Assembly: GCA_963674945.2 (NCBI GenBank)
Contig: CAXXWQ010000002.1
Coordinates: 512,001-576,000, forward strand
Length of the DNA stretch: 64,000 bases
Direction: 5' to 3'
Source: an uncultured Desulfosarcina sp.
GTDB lineage: Bacteria; Desulfobacterota; Desulfobacteria; Desulfobacterales; Desulfosarcinaceae
Position numbers and translations under genes: made by a program. Shown here piece by piece: positions 50,346 through 60,540 of the stretch. Numbering within the stretch: the first letter of the stretch is position 1; each line of letters begins with the position of its first letter. The notes beneath the pieces are model-generated. The model did no database searches and was not told where the DNA came from. It worked only from the letters and a program-made list of their open reading frames with translations.

Positions 50346-51391
50346 TGCCGCTGTGCCCGCAACTGTCCGCAGGCCGCCGATATGTCCTGGCCCTTGCTGT
50401 GCCGAACGATCACCGTGTAGTGATGTTGGGCGAGAAATTCCTGGAACCGTTGGATTTGCTGCGGTGACGGACGCTTGAATTCGCAGCCCGGGTGCTCGTT
50501 GAAGGGGATGAGGTTGATCTTCGCCTTTACGGGCCGGAGTATTTTCGACAGGTTGTCCGCATGGGAAACGGCGTCGTTAACCCCCGCCATGAGGATGTAC
50601 TCGAAGGTGATCTTTCTTCGAGGGGGCAACGGATACCGCCGGCAGGCCGAAAGCAGGTCGACAAGGGGATATTTTCGATTGATGGGCATGAGGCGGGACC
50701 GGGTTTCGTCATCGGCGGCGTTTAGCGAGACGGCCAGATTCACCTTGGTCTGTTTGCCCAGATCTTCCATTTTGGGGACCAACCCGGCGGTGGATACGGT
50801 GATCCGTCGGCTGGAAATCTTAAGCCCCCAGTCGCCATTGGAGATGACATCGATGGCATGAACGACATTGTCATAATTGGCAAGTGGTTCACCCATGCCC
50901 ATGAAGACGATGTTGGTCAAGGGCATATCCGATTTTCCGTCCAGTCGGTTCTGGACGTCCCTTACCTGGGACACGATTTCGCCGGCAGATAAATTACGCG
51001 AAAAACCACCTTTTGCCGTCATGCAGAACTTGCATCCCTGGCGACAGCCCACCTGGCTCGATATACATAAGGTGTAGTGATCCTTTTCCGGAATGATCAC
51101 CGTTTCGATATGCTGTCCATCTTTGAGCCGAAACAGCAACTTGCGAGATCCGTCATTTGATACGCACTCTTCTTCCAGATACAAACGTGGATTCACGAAG
51201 GTCTCTGCAAGGGCCGTTCGAAGGGGTTTGGCCAGGTTGGTCATGTCGTCGAAACAATCGATCTGGTGCAAATGGATCCAGCGGAGGATCTGATCGCATC
51301 GAAATGGTTGTTGCCCTTGATTTTTCAACCAATCGATCAACTGCGTCCGGGTAAGATCCTTGATGTCGATTTTGCTTGCTATTGGCGTCAT
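50342..51391 (-). CDS. rlmN: Dual-specificity rRNA/tRNA m2A methyltransferase RlmN
   Basis: CISSQVGCRQGCKFC, MGMGEP, ITFEY, NLIPFN, AACGQL. Confidence 0.97.
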   Translation of the reverse strand: MTPIASKIDIKDLTRTQLIDWLKNQGQQPFRCDQILRWIHLHQIDCFDDMTNLAKPLRTALAETFVNPRLYLEEECVSNDGSRKLLFRLKDGQHIETVIIPEKDHYTLCISSQVGCRQGCKFCMTAKGGFSRNLSAGEIVSQVRDVQNRLDGKSDMPLTNIVFMGMGEPLANYDNVVHAIDVISNGDWGLKISSRRITVSTAGLVPKMEDLGKQTKVNLAVSLNAADDETRSRLMPINRKYPLVDLLSACRRYPLPPRRKITFEYILMAGVNDAVSHADNLSKILRPVKAKINLIPFNEHPGCEFKRPSPQQIQRFQEFLAQHHYTVIVRHSKGQDISAACGQLRAQRQ

Positions 51392-51443
51392 GATATGGGA
51401 TCCACGGTCCGAAATCGGTTGCGCTGCCTGCCCTTTTTCATGC

Positions 51444-51472
51444 TTGACATACCATTAAAAAAAATCTACTTT
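51444..51472 (+). promoter_or_regulatory. Putative sigma70 promoter of the ffh operon
   Basis: TTGACA-17 nt-TACTTT. Confidence 0.6.
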
Positions 51473-51504
51473 CAAGGTTTTAGTTTATACTGCGGTGGAA
51501 AGTC

Positions 51505-52836
51505 ATGTTTGACGCACTTAGTGAAAAATTAAACTCGGCCTTCAAGCAACTCAAGGGGCAGGGCAAGCTATCGGAGAAGAATATTGCCGATGGTATGCGA
51601 GCGGTTCGGATGGCCCTTTTGGAAGCCGATGTTCATTTCCAGGTGGTCAAAAAACTGGTTGCCGACATCAAGGAGCGGGCCCTGGGCCAAGAGGTCATGG
51701 GCAGTTTGACCCCGGGCCAGCAAGTGGTGAAGATCGTCAACGAATCCCTCACCCAGCTCATGGGGGAGAGCCATCAGGGGTTGCGTCTGACCGGAGAAAA
51801 ACCGGTTTCGGTGATGCTGGTGGGTCTTCAGGGGTCTGGTAAAACCACCACTGCGGGAAAATTGTCGGTGATGTTGCGAAAAACGGGCAAGGAACCCTAC
51901 CTGGTGCCGGCGGATGTGTATCGTCCGGCGGCCATCGACCAGTTGAAAAAACTCGGCAGCCAACTGGGCGTTCCCGTATTCGACAGTGCACCGGATATGG
52001 ATCCGGTACGGATCTGTCAGGATGCCCGTGTGGCAGCCCAGAAGGCGGGGTGCGATACCCTGCTGCTGGATACGGCCGGGCGGCTTCACGTCGATGAAGA
52101 ATTGATGGACGAGTTGTCTCGGATTCGTTCGGCGGTCCAGCCGTCGGATATACTGCTGGTGGCCGATGCCATGACCGGGCAGGACGCGGTGAACATCGCC
52201 AAGTCCTTTGACGAGCGGCTGGATATCGGCGGCGTGGTTCTGACCAAAATGGACGGTGATGCCCGGGGCGGGGCGGCCCTGTCCATACGCGCCATCACCG
52301 GAAAGCCCATCAAGTTTATCGGTGTGGGCGAAAAGCTCAGTGAGCTGGAAGCCTTTCATCCGGATCGCATGGCGTCCCGGATCCTCGGCATGGGGGATGT
52401 CCTCACCATGATCGAGAAGGCCCAGGAAGTGGTGGACGAGGATAAAGCCGCTGAGCTGGAAAAGAAGCTGCGGAAAAACCAGTTTACCCTGGAGGATTTT
52501 CGCGATCAGATGCGTCAGATCCGGAAAATGGGGTCGCTTACGGACATCCTGGGGATGATTCCCGGGATGGGAAAAATCAAACAGATGAAAAATCTGCAAG
52601 TGGACGAAAAGGAACTGGTTCATATCGAGGCCATCATCAATTCCATGACGCCACAGGAGCGACGCCAATATACGATTATCAACGGTAGCCGACGCAAGCG
52701 GATTGCAGCGGGAAGCGGCACCCGTGTTCAGGATGTCAACCGCCTGCTGAAAAACTATGCGCAGGTGATGAAGATGATGAAGAAAATCAATAAAAGCGGC
52801 ATGCGCGGATTGGGTCGTGGCATGTTGCCCTTTTAA
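51505..52836 (+). CDS. ffh: Signal recognition particle protein Ffh
   Basis: [31 protein letters not shown], Met-rich M domain. Confidence 0.98.
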   Translation: MFDALSEKLNSAFKQLKGQGKLSEKNIADGMRAVRMALLEADVHFQVVKKLVADIKERALGQEVMGSLTPGQQVVKIVNESLTQLMGESHQGLRLTGEKPVSVMLVGLQGSGKTTTAGKLSVMLRKTGKEPYLVPADVYRPAAIDQLKKLGSQLGVPVFDSAPDMDPVRICQDARVAAQKAGCDTLLLDTAGRLHVDEELMDELSRIRSAVQPSDILLVADAMTGQDAVNIAKSFDERLDIGGVVLTKMDGDARGGAALSIRAITGKPIKFIGVGEKLSELEAFHPDRMASRILGMGDVLTMIEKAQEVVDEDKAAELEKKLRKNQFTLEDFRDQMRQIRKMGSLTDILGMIPGMGKIKQMKNLQVDEKELVHIEAIINSMTPQERRQYTIINGSRRKRIAAGSGTRVQDVNRLLKNYAQVMKMMKKINKSGMRGLGRGMLPF

Positions 52837-52847
52837 AGGAGAAGAAA

Positions 52848-53102
52848 ATGGCAGTAAAAATCAGACTCGCCCGCCATGGTGCGAAGAAAAGGCCCTTTTA
52901 CCGGATCGTGGCTGCCGACAACGACAGTCCCAGGGATGGTCGTTTCATCGAAAAGCTGGGCACATACAACCCCCTTTTGAATCCGGCGCAGGTATTGCTG
53001 AACACGGACCGCGTAAAGTATTGGATCGAACGGGGTGCCATCCCCACCGATACGGTACGTAGCATACTCAAACGAGAAGGTGTCTTGGGCACTTCAGCGT
53101 AA
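52848..53102 (+). CDS. rpsP: 30S ribosomal protein S16
   Basis: MAVKIRLAR...PFYRIV...PRDGRFIE. Confidence 0.98.
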   Translation: MAVKIRLARHGAKKRPFYRIVAADNDSPRDGRFIEKLGTYNPLLNPAQVLLNTDRVKYWIERGAIPTDTVRSILKREGVLGTSA

Positions 53103-53150
53103 GATTTGGTATTGGATCCGATTCTCAGCGACACCAAAGGAGATGGAGCT

Positions 53151-53381
53151 ATGAAAGACCTGATCAGATTCATTGCGCAAGAATTGGTGGATTTTCCCGA
53201 CCAGGTGTCCGTTGAAGAGATCGAAGGCAGCCAAACATCCGTCATTGAGTTGAATGTGGCCAAAGAGGATCTGGGAAAGGTGATCGGAAAGCAGGGACGA
53301 ACGGCCCGCGCCATGCGAACACTGTTGAGCGCTGCGTCGGCCAAAGCGAAAAAACGAATGGTCCTTGAAATCATCGAGTGA
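53151..53381 (+). CDS. khpA: KH-domain RNA-binding protein KhpA
   Basis: [13 protein letters not shown]; canonical position between rpsP and rimM; ATG 53151. Confidence 0.93.
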   Translation: MKDLIRFIAQELVDFPDQVSVEEIEGSQTSVIELNVAKEDLGKVIGKQGRTARAMRTLLSAASAKAKKRMVLEIIE

Positions 53382-53907
53382 GACGGCGGATCGAGCGAAC
53401 CTGATCCTTGTGGGGCGGGTAACCGGTGCTCACGGAATTCATGGCGGCTTGAAGGTGCACTCATTTGCCGAAACCATGGCACCCTACCTCGTGGGAGAGA
53501 AGATTTTGCTCGATATGCCCGAAAGTGGTCTGCAAATTCGGACCATTCGATGGGTGACGTCCCATGGACGCAGGCTTCTTTTGGGTCTCGAAGCGGTGGA
53601 AGACCGGGATACGGCCGAGTCGCTCGCTGGTGTGTCTCTGTTCATTGACAAGAAACGCTTGCCGCCGTTAGAAGAGGATACTTACTACTGGTTTGATTTG
53701 GTGGGGCTGTCGGTATACGACATCCAAGGGGAGCTTTTGGGACGACTCGACGAAGTGATTCCCACACCTGGAAACGATGTTTACGTGATCAGACAAGTCG
53801 TCCATGGGCAGACACGGGAGAGATTGCTTCCAGCCATCGGCGAGGTGATTGTAAAGGTCGATATCGTTCGAAAAATCATGGTCGTCAATCCTCCGGAAGG
53901 TCTATGA
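53365..53907 (+). CDS. rimM: Ribosome maturation factor RimM
   Basis: [27 protein letters not shown]; start uncertain. Confidence 0.95.
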   Translation: MKSSSETADRANLILVGRVTGAHGIHGGLKVHSFAETMAPYLVGEKILLDMPESGLQIRTIRWVTSHGRRLLLGLEAVEDRDTAESLAGVSLFIDKKRLPPLEEDTYYWFDLVGLSVYDIQGELLGRLDEVIPTPGNDVYVIRQVVHGQTRERLLPAIGEVIVKVDIVRKIMVVNPPEGL

Positions 53908-54654
53908 ATGAAGGTCTGCGTTCTGACCCTTTTTCCGGAACTTTTCGCCCCCTTCTGGGCCCATGGCATCATTGGCCGGGCGGTGAAAGGAGACAAGCTG
54001 GTGCCCTTCACCATCAATATCCGCGACCATGCAAAGGGACGGCACAAGGTGACCGACGACCGTCCCTATGGGGGTGGATGTGGAATGGTGATGAAGCCGG
54101 AACCCCTGGCAGCAGCGGTGGCAGCCGCCAAGAAAATGATGCCGTCGGCAATGACGTTGTTGCTGTCTCCCCAGGGAAAGCGGCTCGATCAACGGCTTGC
54201 CGGATCACTGGCGGTCATGGAGGAGGTCATTTTCGTCTGCGGCAGGTACGAGGGGGTGGACGAACGGTTTATCGATCGACACATCGATGGGGAAATCAGT
54301 ATCGGGGATTTCGTGTTGACCGGTGGAGAGCTGGGTGCCATGGTGGTCATCGACGCGGTGACGCGATTGATTCCCGGCGTTTTGGGCAATTTGAACTCCG
54401 CCGAGAGTGATACTTTCAGTGACGGTCTCGTGGAACACGCGCAATACACGCGTCCGCCAAACTTCGACCGGATGGATGTACCGGATGTGCTGTTATCCGG
54501 AAATCACCAGGAGATCGAGCGGTGGCGAAGGGAAACCGCATTGATCCGTACCTTGGTGAAACGCCCGGATCTGTTGGCCCAGCGGGATTTGACACCTGCC
54601 CAGCGGGATACGCTGATGAAATGGCGCCAGGAACTTGACCGGATTCTCGGATAA
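53908..54654 (+). CDS. trmD: tRNA (guanine37-N1)-methyltransferase
   Basis: [38 protein letters not shown]. Confidence 0.97.
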   Translation: MKVCVLTLFPELFAPFWAHGIIGRAVKGDKLVPFTINIRDHAKGRHKVTDDRPYGGGCGMVMKPEPLAAAVAAAKKMMPSAMTLLLSPQGKRLDQRLAGSLAVMEEVIFVCGRYEGVDERFIDRHIDGEISIGDFVLTGGELGAMVVIDAVTRLIPGVLGNLNSAESDTFSDGLVEHAQYTRPPNFDRMDVPDVLLSGNHQEIERWRRETALIRTLVKRPDLLAQRDLTPAQRDTLMKWRQELDRILG

Positions 54655-55207
54655 ACGGCTTTATGTGGCCCTCGTTCACTATCCGGTGATCGATAAGAAC
54701 AACGAGACCATCGCGTCGGCGGTCACCAACCTGGATTTGCACGACATCGCCAGGGCATGCCGCACCTATGGGGTCAAGGGATATTACGTGGTAACTCCGT
54801 TGGCGGACCAGATGGTGCTGGCCGAACGGATCGTCGGACATTGGACCACGGGTTTCGGAGGAACGTACAACCCCCAGCGCAAAGAGGCGTTGGCACTCGT
54901 CCGGGTCACGGCCCGATTCGAGGACGCCGTCAATGAAATTACGGCAAAGGAGGGGGGGCGACCAATAACGGTGGCGACTTCGGCAAAGGAATGTCCGGGA
55001 AGCGTGGCGTGCGCCACTTTCCGGAGAATGCTGCAAGAAACCAAACCCTATCTCCTTGCATTCGGCACGGCCTGGGGACTGACCGATACATTCATGGACG
55101 AAGCGGATTGTCGGTTGGCACCCCTTACCGGCGCGGGAACATACAACCATCTGTCGGTCCGATCGGCGGTATCCATCATATTGGACCGGCTATTGGGTGA
55201 TGCATAA
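54635..55207 (+). CDS. SPOUT-like RNA methyltransferase (TrmD-associated)
   Basis: [33 protein letters not shown]...LDRL. Confidence 0.88.
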   Translation: MTGFSDKRLYVALVHYPVIDKNNETIASAVTNLDLHDIARACRTYGVKGYYVVTPLADQMVLAERIVGHWTTGFGGTYNPQRKEALALVRVTARFEDAVNEITAKEGGRPITVATSAKECPGSVACATFRRMLQETKPYLLAFGTAWGLTDTFMDEADCRLAPLTGAGTYNHLSVRSAVSIILDRLLGDA

Positions 55208-55259
55208 GGCAAATGAAGCGTTTTTTACTATAGATCAACATTGTATCGGGAGTTTTATC

Positions 55260-55607
55260 ATGGAAACCATCCAACGTATTGAAAGAGAACAAATCCGAAT
55301 GGATATGCCCCATTTTTTACCTGGGGATACCGTTACCGTTCATGTGAAGATCCGCGAGGGCAACAAGGAGCGCATCCAGGCGTTTCAGGGCGTTGTGATC
55401 AGCAAGAAAAAGGGCCTTGCCAACGCCAGTTTCACCGTTCGCAAGGTCTCCTACGGCGTGGGGGTCGAGAGGGTTTTTCTCACCAACTCCCCCTCCATCG
55501 ACCGTGTGGAGGTGATGACCCGCGGTCGTGTAAGGCGGGCCAAGATTTACTATCTCAGAAAACTGCGGGGCAAGGCGGCAAGGATTCGAGAACGGCGGTT
55601 TACCTGA
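55260..55607 (+). CDS. rplS: 50S ribosomal protein L19
   Basis: [39 protein letters not shown]. Confidence 0.98.
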   Translation: METIQRIEREQIRMDMPHFLPGDTVTVHVKIREGNKERIQAFQGVVISKKKGLANASFTVRKVSYGVGVERVFLTNSPSIDRVEVMTRGRVRRAKIYYLRKLRGKAARIRERRFT

Positions 55608-55667
55608 TTCAGGACAAAAAAGTCTTTTATTGTTTTTATTGAATCGTTCCTTAGGCGTCGGATCTCG

Positions 55668-55792
55668 GACGGCTTCGTAAAAAGTTCGAGATCAAGGCTT
55701 GCGAATCCCGAAAAATGAGGCGTATGGTTGGATACGTCCCAGTGACGAGGGATGAAGCATGACGCAGATATCGGGCTTTTTACGGAGCCGTT
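55668..55792 (-). repeat. Palindromic element with family B TIRs and a family A-type interior
   Basis: TIRs GACGGCTTCGTAAAAAG / CTTTTTACGGAGCCGTT; reverse complement contains CCCGATATC-CGT, ACGTA...TACGCCTC and GCCTTGATCTCGA. Confidence 0.85.
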
Positions 55793-55805
55793 AAGATTTG
55801 AATCG

Positions 55806-56414
55806 ATGATATCAGATCTCTGGGCTTTCGAAAGATCGGCCCATGAAATGGGCTACGAAATGGTCGCGGGCATCGATGAGGCCGGCCGGGGGCCCCTGGC
55901 CGGCCCCGTCGTTTCCGCCGCAGTGGTGTTGCCCGACGGTGTTGATCTGAACGGAATCGACGACTCCAAAAAGCTGACACCGGCAAAACGCAGTCGCCTC
56001 TATGATCGTCTCTACAACATTGCCATTAGCATCGGTATCGGCATGGTGGATACGACTGAAATCGACCGTGTCAATATCTTGCAGGCCACCTTGCGTTCCA
56101 TGGCCATGGCTGTGGCAAACCTTCGTCCTCGACCAGATTACCTTCTCATCGACGGGATATTTCCCATCACCTCGAAAATTCCCCAACAGACAATTAAAAA
56201 AGGTGATTCCAATAGCGTGTCCATTGCCGCCGCCTCCATCGTGGCCAAGGTGACGAGAGACCGGATCATGACCCAACTGGATGATCAGTATCCCGAGTTC
56301 GGTTTTGGCCGCCACAAGGGGTACCCTACCCAACGCCACCGGGCCGCCATCGTGCGATACGGTTTGAGCCCCATTCACAGGCGGACATTTAAAGGGGTTC
56401 GGGAGTACCGCTAG
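55806..56414 (+). CDS. rnhB: Ribonuclease HII
   Basis: GIDEAGRGPLAGPV, DSKKL, LIDG, AASIVAKV, HKGYPT. Confidence 0.96.
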   Translation: MISDLWAFERSAHEMGYEMVAGIDEAGRGPLAGPVVSAAVVLPDGVDLNGIDDSKKLTPAKRSRLYDRLYNIAISIGIGMVDTTEIDRVNILQATLRSMAMAVANLRPRPDYLLIDGIFPITSKIPQQTIKKGDSNSVSIAAASIVAKVTRDRIMTQLDDQYPEFGFGRHKGYPTQRHRAAIVRYGLSPIHRRTFKGVREYR

Positions 56415-56786
56415 ATGCTTAATCGGCAGCAGCAATTTGGAAAAAGAAGTGAAAAGCTCGCTGTCTCCTTTTTGGAGCGGAGGGGATACAAAATCCTGGA
56501 GACGAATTATCGTAGCAAAAACGGGGAGATCGATATCATCGCCAAGGAAAGGGGAACCATCGTTTTCGTGGAGGTGAAGGCCAGGTCCTCCCATCGATTC
56601 GGCAGCCCGAAGGGGGCCGTGACACCCGCCAAACAACGAAAAATTTCCATGGCGGCGCTCGAATACCTGAAACAATCGGACCAGATGGAAACCCGGGCGC
56701 GGTTCGACGTGGTGGCCATCGATACTGCGGCGGGGAGAACCGATATCGAGGTCGTGAAAAATGCCTTTTTCCTCACCTACGGATGA
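56415..56786 (+). CDS. yraN: YraN family protein
   Basis: GEIDIIA, FVEVKAR, RFDVVAI. Confidence 0.93.
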   Translation: MLNRQQQFGKRSEKLAVSFLERRGYKILETNYRSKNGEIDIIAKERGTIVFVEVKARSSHRFGSPKGAVTPAKQRKISMAALEYLKQSDQMETRARFDVVAIDTAAGRTDIEVVKNAFFLTYG

Positions 56787-57669
56787 ACAGGCCCAAGGGC
56801 CATGCCCTCGCGGTCTCTATGTCGTGGCCACCCCCATCGGGAATCTCGAAGACATCACGTTCCGGGCCATTCGTATTCTGTCGCAGGTGGATCTGATCGC
56901 TGCCGAAGACACACGGCACACGGCACGTCTTCTTTCCCGTTACGAGATTCGAACCCCTTTGGTTTCCTGCCATGAACACAACGAAGTGGATCGTGTTCCG
57001 GAATTGATACGAAAAATTGAGGCCGGTGCCGCCGTGGCAGTGGTTTCCGATGCCGGAACGCCTTCTGTTTCCGACCCGGGGTATCGCTTGGTACGTGCGG
57101 CGGCGGCCAGCGACCTGAACATATATCCCATCCCCGGTGTCACGGCGGCGATGACGGCCCTGTCCGCATCGGGATTGCCGACCGATACCTTCGTTTTTTT
57201 TGGATTCGTTCCCAAAAAAGAGGGGAAACGAAAAGAGCTGCTTCGCTCTGCCGCCGCTGAATCCAGGACGATGGTTTTTTACGAGTCGCCGAGAAGGATT
57301 GTGGGCCTGCTGGATTCACTCCTGGAGATGATGGGAGACCGGCCGGCCGTATTGGCAAGGGAAATGACCAAGATTCATGAGGAATTTATCCGGGGGAGCC
57401 TGTCTACGATCCGCAGGATCATGGATGAACGCCAAGCAGTAAAGGGAGAATGCACCCTGCTGGTGGGCGGGAAAAAAATCGAAGAAAGTGAAATTTCGAC
57501 AAAGGATCTTCGTGAAATCCTCCGTCATGAACTGGCCCGACCGGAAGGTCGCGTGTCCCACCTCTCCAAAAAAATATCCAAACAATACGGACTTCCCAGG
57601 AAAAAAGTGTACGACATGGCCCTTGCCCTGAAACGGGCAGCAGACACGGAAAAGGATGCCGATCGATGA
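56761..57669 (+). CDS. rsmI: 16S rRNA C1402 2'-O-methyltransferase
   Basis: VATPIGNLEDIT, AEDTR, SDAGTPSVSDPG, YESPRR, REMTKIHEE. Confidence 0.96.
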   Translation: MPFSSPTDEQAQGPCPRGLYVVATPIGNLEDITFRAIRILSQVDLIAAEDTRHTARLLSRYEIRTPLVSCHEHNEVDRVPELIRKIEAGAAVAVVSDAGTPSVSDPGYRLVRAAAASDLNIYPIPGVTAAMTALSASGLPTDTFVFFGFVPKKEGKRKELLRSAAAESRTMVFYESPRRIVGLLDSLLEMMGDRPAVLAREMTKIHEEFIRGSLSTIRRIMDERQAVKGECTLLVGGKKIEESEISTKDLREILRHELARPEGRVSHLSKKISKQYGLPRKKVYDMALALKRAADTEKDADR

Positions 57670-58274
57670 AATCGGTATCAACCCTTTTCCCGGTGATCTC
57701 GACTGTTTCCGAGGCCCATCGCCGGCTCACGGGCAGGCAGATGGTTCAGAACTTGAGCCGTCTCGCCCGTCTTGCCCTGGACCGATCGTGTCGGATCAGC
57801 GGGCTTCGTCTCGAACGATTGATCAAGGACGACGAGGGCGTGCCCCTGCCGGAGAACGGAATCTACTGGTCCCTGAGCCATAAAAGAGATGTGGTCGGTG
57901 GTGTGGCTGCACCGAAGCGTGTGGGCTTTGATCTCGAGACAATCCATCCGGTAAACGACATGTTGTTTTCCAAAGTAGCCGATGGCGATGAATGGAATTT
58001 GATGGCAGGAGACAGGACGCTGAATTTCTATCGAATGTGGACGGCAAAGGAGGCCGTGGTAAAGGCTGTCGGAAAGGGGATTGCCGGCTTGTCACGGTGC
58101 AGGATTGTGAGCGTTGTCGACGATTACCGAATGAACCTTACCTATGATGAAACGCCATGGCTTGTGGTTCACCACTGGTTCGACAATCATGTTGCCGCGC
58201 TGACATCCCACCACTTCGAGGTCTCCTGGAAACTGATGGATCCTTTTGCATTGGACCGTGAAGTGGTTTGGTGA
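57666..58274 (+). CDS. 4'-phosphopantetheinyl transferase family protein
   Basis: WSLSH, VGFDLE, WTAKEAVVKAVG. Confidence 0.88.
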   Translation: MKSVSTLFPVISTVSEAHRRLTGRQMVQNLSRLARLALDRSCRISGLRLERLIKDDEGVPLPENGIYWSLSHKRDVVGGVAAPKRVGFDLETIHPVNDMLFSKVADGDEWNLMAGDRTLNFYRMWTAKEAVVKAVGKGIAGLSRCRIVSVVDDYRMNLTYDETPWLVVHHWFDNHVAALTSHHFEVSWKLMDPFALDREVVW

Positions 58275-58359
58275 TCAATTCCGTCCGGCACCTTTGGACA
58301 GTATGGAAAATCTATTCCTACGGGCCGAGTCAAAGATAAATGGCGTTACCGCATGATTG

Positions 58360-58575
58360 TTACCTGTCCTTCGTGATGCAGGCAGTTTGCAGTTCGCTCC
58401 AAAACTCCCGATTCTCCCGCCTGTCTATGCCGCTTCGGCACTGGGGATCCATCCGTTTTTCAATCCCCGTGTATCGGGGTGGATTGATCCTGCGTCGGTC
58501 AACACCGGAACGCCTGTCCGTGGCACGCCTTTTTTCTTTGCTCTCTTCCATTGTTTTGGCCTCATTGTGGATCAT
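58360..58575 (-). CDS. Small protein with repeated (D/E)RR-x3-DRR motifs
   Basis: KRRATDRRSGVDRR...RSGIDRR; GGAAAAG upstream. Confidence 0.6.
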   Translation of the reverse strand: MIHNEAKTMEESKEKRRATDRRSGVDRRRINPPRYTGIEKRMDPQCRSGIDRRENREFWSELQTACITKDR

Positions 58576-58693
58576 GGGAAAACGTCTTTTCCTTCTAATT
58601 GTAAAGTAACTTCTGCTGCTGTCAAATACAAACTTTTCCCGATGGTCGATTCGTTGTATTCAAACCGGGTTCTTTGCACCCGGAACCAACCCG

Positions 58694-58773
58694 AACGATG
58701 AAAGCACTGACGTGCTTTTGGATATCCGGCCTTTGGTCGGATATCCAAGCCATCCGCGAAACGGGTGGTCGTT
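58694..58773 (+). ncRNA. Candidate structured leader (four-way junction) upstream of nrdJ
   Basis: Three adjacent hairpins closed by AACGA/TCGTT; no family recognised. Confidence 0.4.
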
Positions 58774-58871
58774 GACCCAGATGAACTTTGTTTTTTCCTG
58801 GTATTTTCCCTGACGTTCAATTACATTAATGGGCGTATTTTGACTCAGAAACAAATGTGTAAGGTCGAAAA

Positions 58872-60530
58872 ATGCAGTCACTGAACCTGACATCCTTGGC
58901 AAAAGAAGTTTTTGAACAGCGTTATCTCGCCAGAAACTATCGGGGCGAGATCATCGAGACCCCCTCCCAGCTATTTTCACGTGTGGCCCAGGTTGTGGCC
59001 GAGGCGGATCGGCTCTTCGACGCCGGTGCGTCTGTTGCGGACACGGCACAGCGTTTCGAGGAGGCAATGACCTCCTTTTCGTTTCTACCCAATTCCCCAT
59101 GCCTGATGAATGCCGGCCGGCCCCTGGGCCAATTGGCCGCCTGCTTCGTCTTGCCGGTGGAGGACAATCTGGGATCCATCTTTCAAACCCTCAGGAATAC
59201 AGCCTTGATTCACCAAACGGGGGGCGGGACCGGATTCTCCTTCAGCCGGCTTCGGCCGGCCGGCGATACTATTTTCCCCGCCTCCGGTGTGACGGGCGGA
59301 CCGGTTTCCTTCATCCAGTTGTTCGACGCCGCCACCCATCTCATTGATCTGAATCGGGTTCGTCCCGGAGCCAACATGGGGGTGCTGCATGTGAGTCACC
59401 CTGATATCGAGGCGTTCATCACCGCCAAGAAAAATAACAGACAATTGTGTAACTTCAACATCTCCGTCGCAGTGGACGACGACTTCATCGCCTGTGCCGA
59501 AGAAGATCGCGAGTACCCGCTCATCCATCCGCGCACCGGTGCCGTTGTCGGCCGAAAATCCGCATCCGATCTGCTCTATCAGATGGCAAAAAGTGCTTGG
59601 GAAACCGGTGACCCCGGCATACTGTTCATCGATCGTATCAATCGTACCAATCCCACGCCGAAGTTGGGGGGACTGGAAGCGACCAACCCCTGTGGGGAGC
59701 AGCCCCTTTTGCCTTACGAATCGTGCATTTTGGGGTCCATCAATGTCAGTCGCATCGTCGACGGTGAATGCGTCGATATTGACAAGCTGTCGTCACTGGT
59801 CCGGCTCGGGGTACATTTCTTGGATAACGTGGTGGAGGTGAATCGTCACCCCATCGCCCGAACCGAGGAGTGGAGTCGGATGAATCGAAAAATCGGGCTT
59901 GGGGTAATGGGATTCGCCGATATGCTCATTCAACTTGGCGTCTCCTATGAGAGCGATCGGGCCGTTTCACTGGCCGAACAGGTGATGGCATGCATTCAGG
60001 AGACGGCTGTGGCGGCATCCAGGGAACTGGCCGAAAAGAGGGGTAACTTTCCGGCTTTTCACCAGAGCATATACCCGGGGCTGGGGGTGAAACGGCGCCG
60101 CAATGCCACCGTTACCACAGTTGCTCCCACCGGTACCATCAGCATCCTGTCCGGCGTCAGCAGTGGTATCGAGCCCGTCTTCTCCTTTAAGGTCAAGCGT
60201 CGTATCGCCAATGACGTCTATACGGATATTCATCCCATCTATCAAAGGTATGTACGGGAAGGAAAACGGATCGACGAACGGATCTTTCAAACCGCCTGGG
60301 ACATCTCGCCAATGGGGCACCTGAAGGTTCAGGCCGCTTTTCAAAAACATACGGAAAATGCAGTGTCCAAGACCGTCAACCTACCCGAAAGCGCCAGCGT
60401 AGAGGACGTCCGCCATCTGTTTCTGCAGGCGGCACGAATGGACATCAAGGGCATTACTGTCTATCGAAACAACTCTCGTCCCGACCAGATTCTCTCCGCA
60501 TGTTCCCTGAAAAACGAGGAGTGCTCGTGA
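58872..60530 (+). CDS. nrdJ: Adenosylcobalamin-dependent (class II) ribonucleotide reductase, compact form
   Basis: PNSPCLMNAG, LAACFVL, GGGTG, ATNPCGEQ, ESCILGS, APTGTIS, SKTVN, KGITVYR. Confidence 0.92.
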   Translation: MQSLNLTSLAKEVFEQRYLARNYRGEIIETPSQLFSRVAQVVAEADRLFDAGASVADTAQRFEEAMTSFSFLPNSPCLMNAGRPLGQLAACFVLPVEDNLGSIFQTLRNTALIHQTGGGTGFSFSRLRPAGDTIFPASGVTGGPVSFIQLFDAATHLIDLNRVRPGANMGVLHVSHPDIEAFITAKKNNRQLCNFNISVAVDDDFIACAEEDREYPLIHPRTGAVVGRKSASDLLYQMAKSAWETGDPGILFIDRINRTNPTPKLGGLEATNPCGEQPLLPYESCILGSINVSRIVDGECVDIDKLSSLVRLGVHFLDNVVEVNRHPIARTEEWSRMNRKIGLGVMGFADMLIQLGVSYESDRAVSLAEQVMACIQETAVAASRELAEKRGNFPAFHQSIYPGLGVKRRRNATVTTVAPTGTISILSGVSSGIEPVFSFKVKRRIANDVYTDIHPIYQRYVREGKRIDERIFQTAWDISPMGHLKVQAAFQKHTENAVSKTVNLPESASVEDVRHLFLQAARMDIKGITVYRNNSRPDQILSACSLKNEECS

Positions 60531-60540
60531 TCTTGAATTC

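Noticed and set aside
54635..54654. trmD / SPOUT gene overlap as a programmed frameshift
   Set aside because: No slippery sequence seen; a short overlap is explained by translational coupling.
58694..58773. Hammerhead ribozyme or tRNA interpretation
   Set aside because: Lacks the CUGANGA core and the tRNA T-loop/acceptor features.
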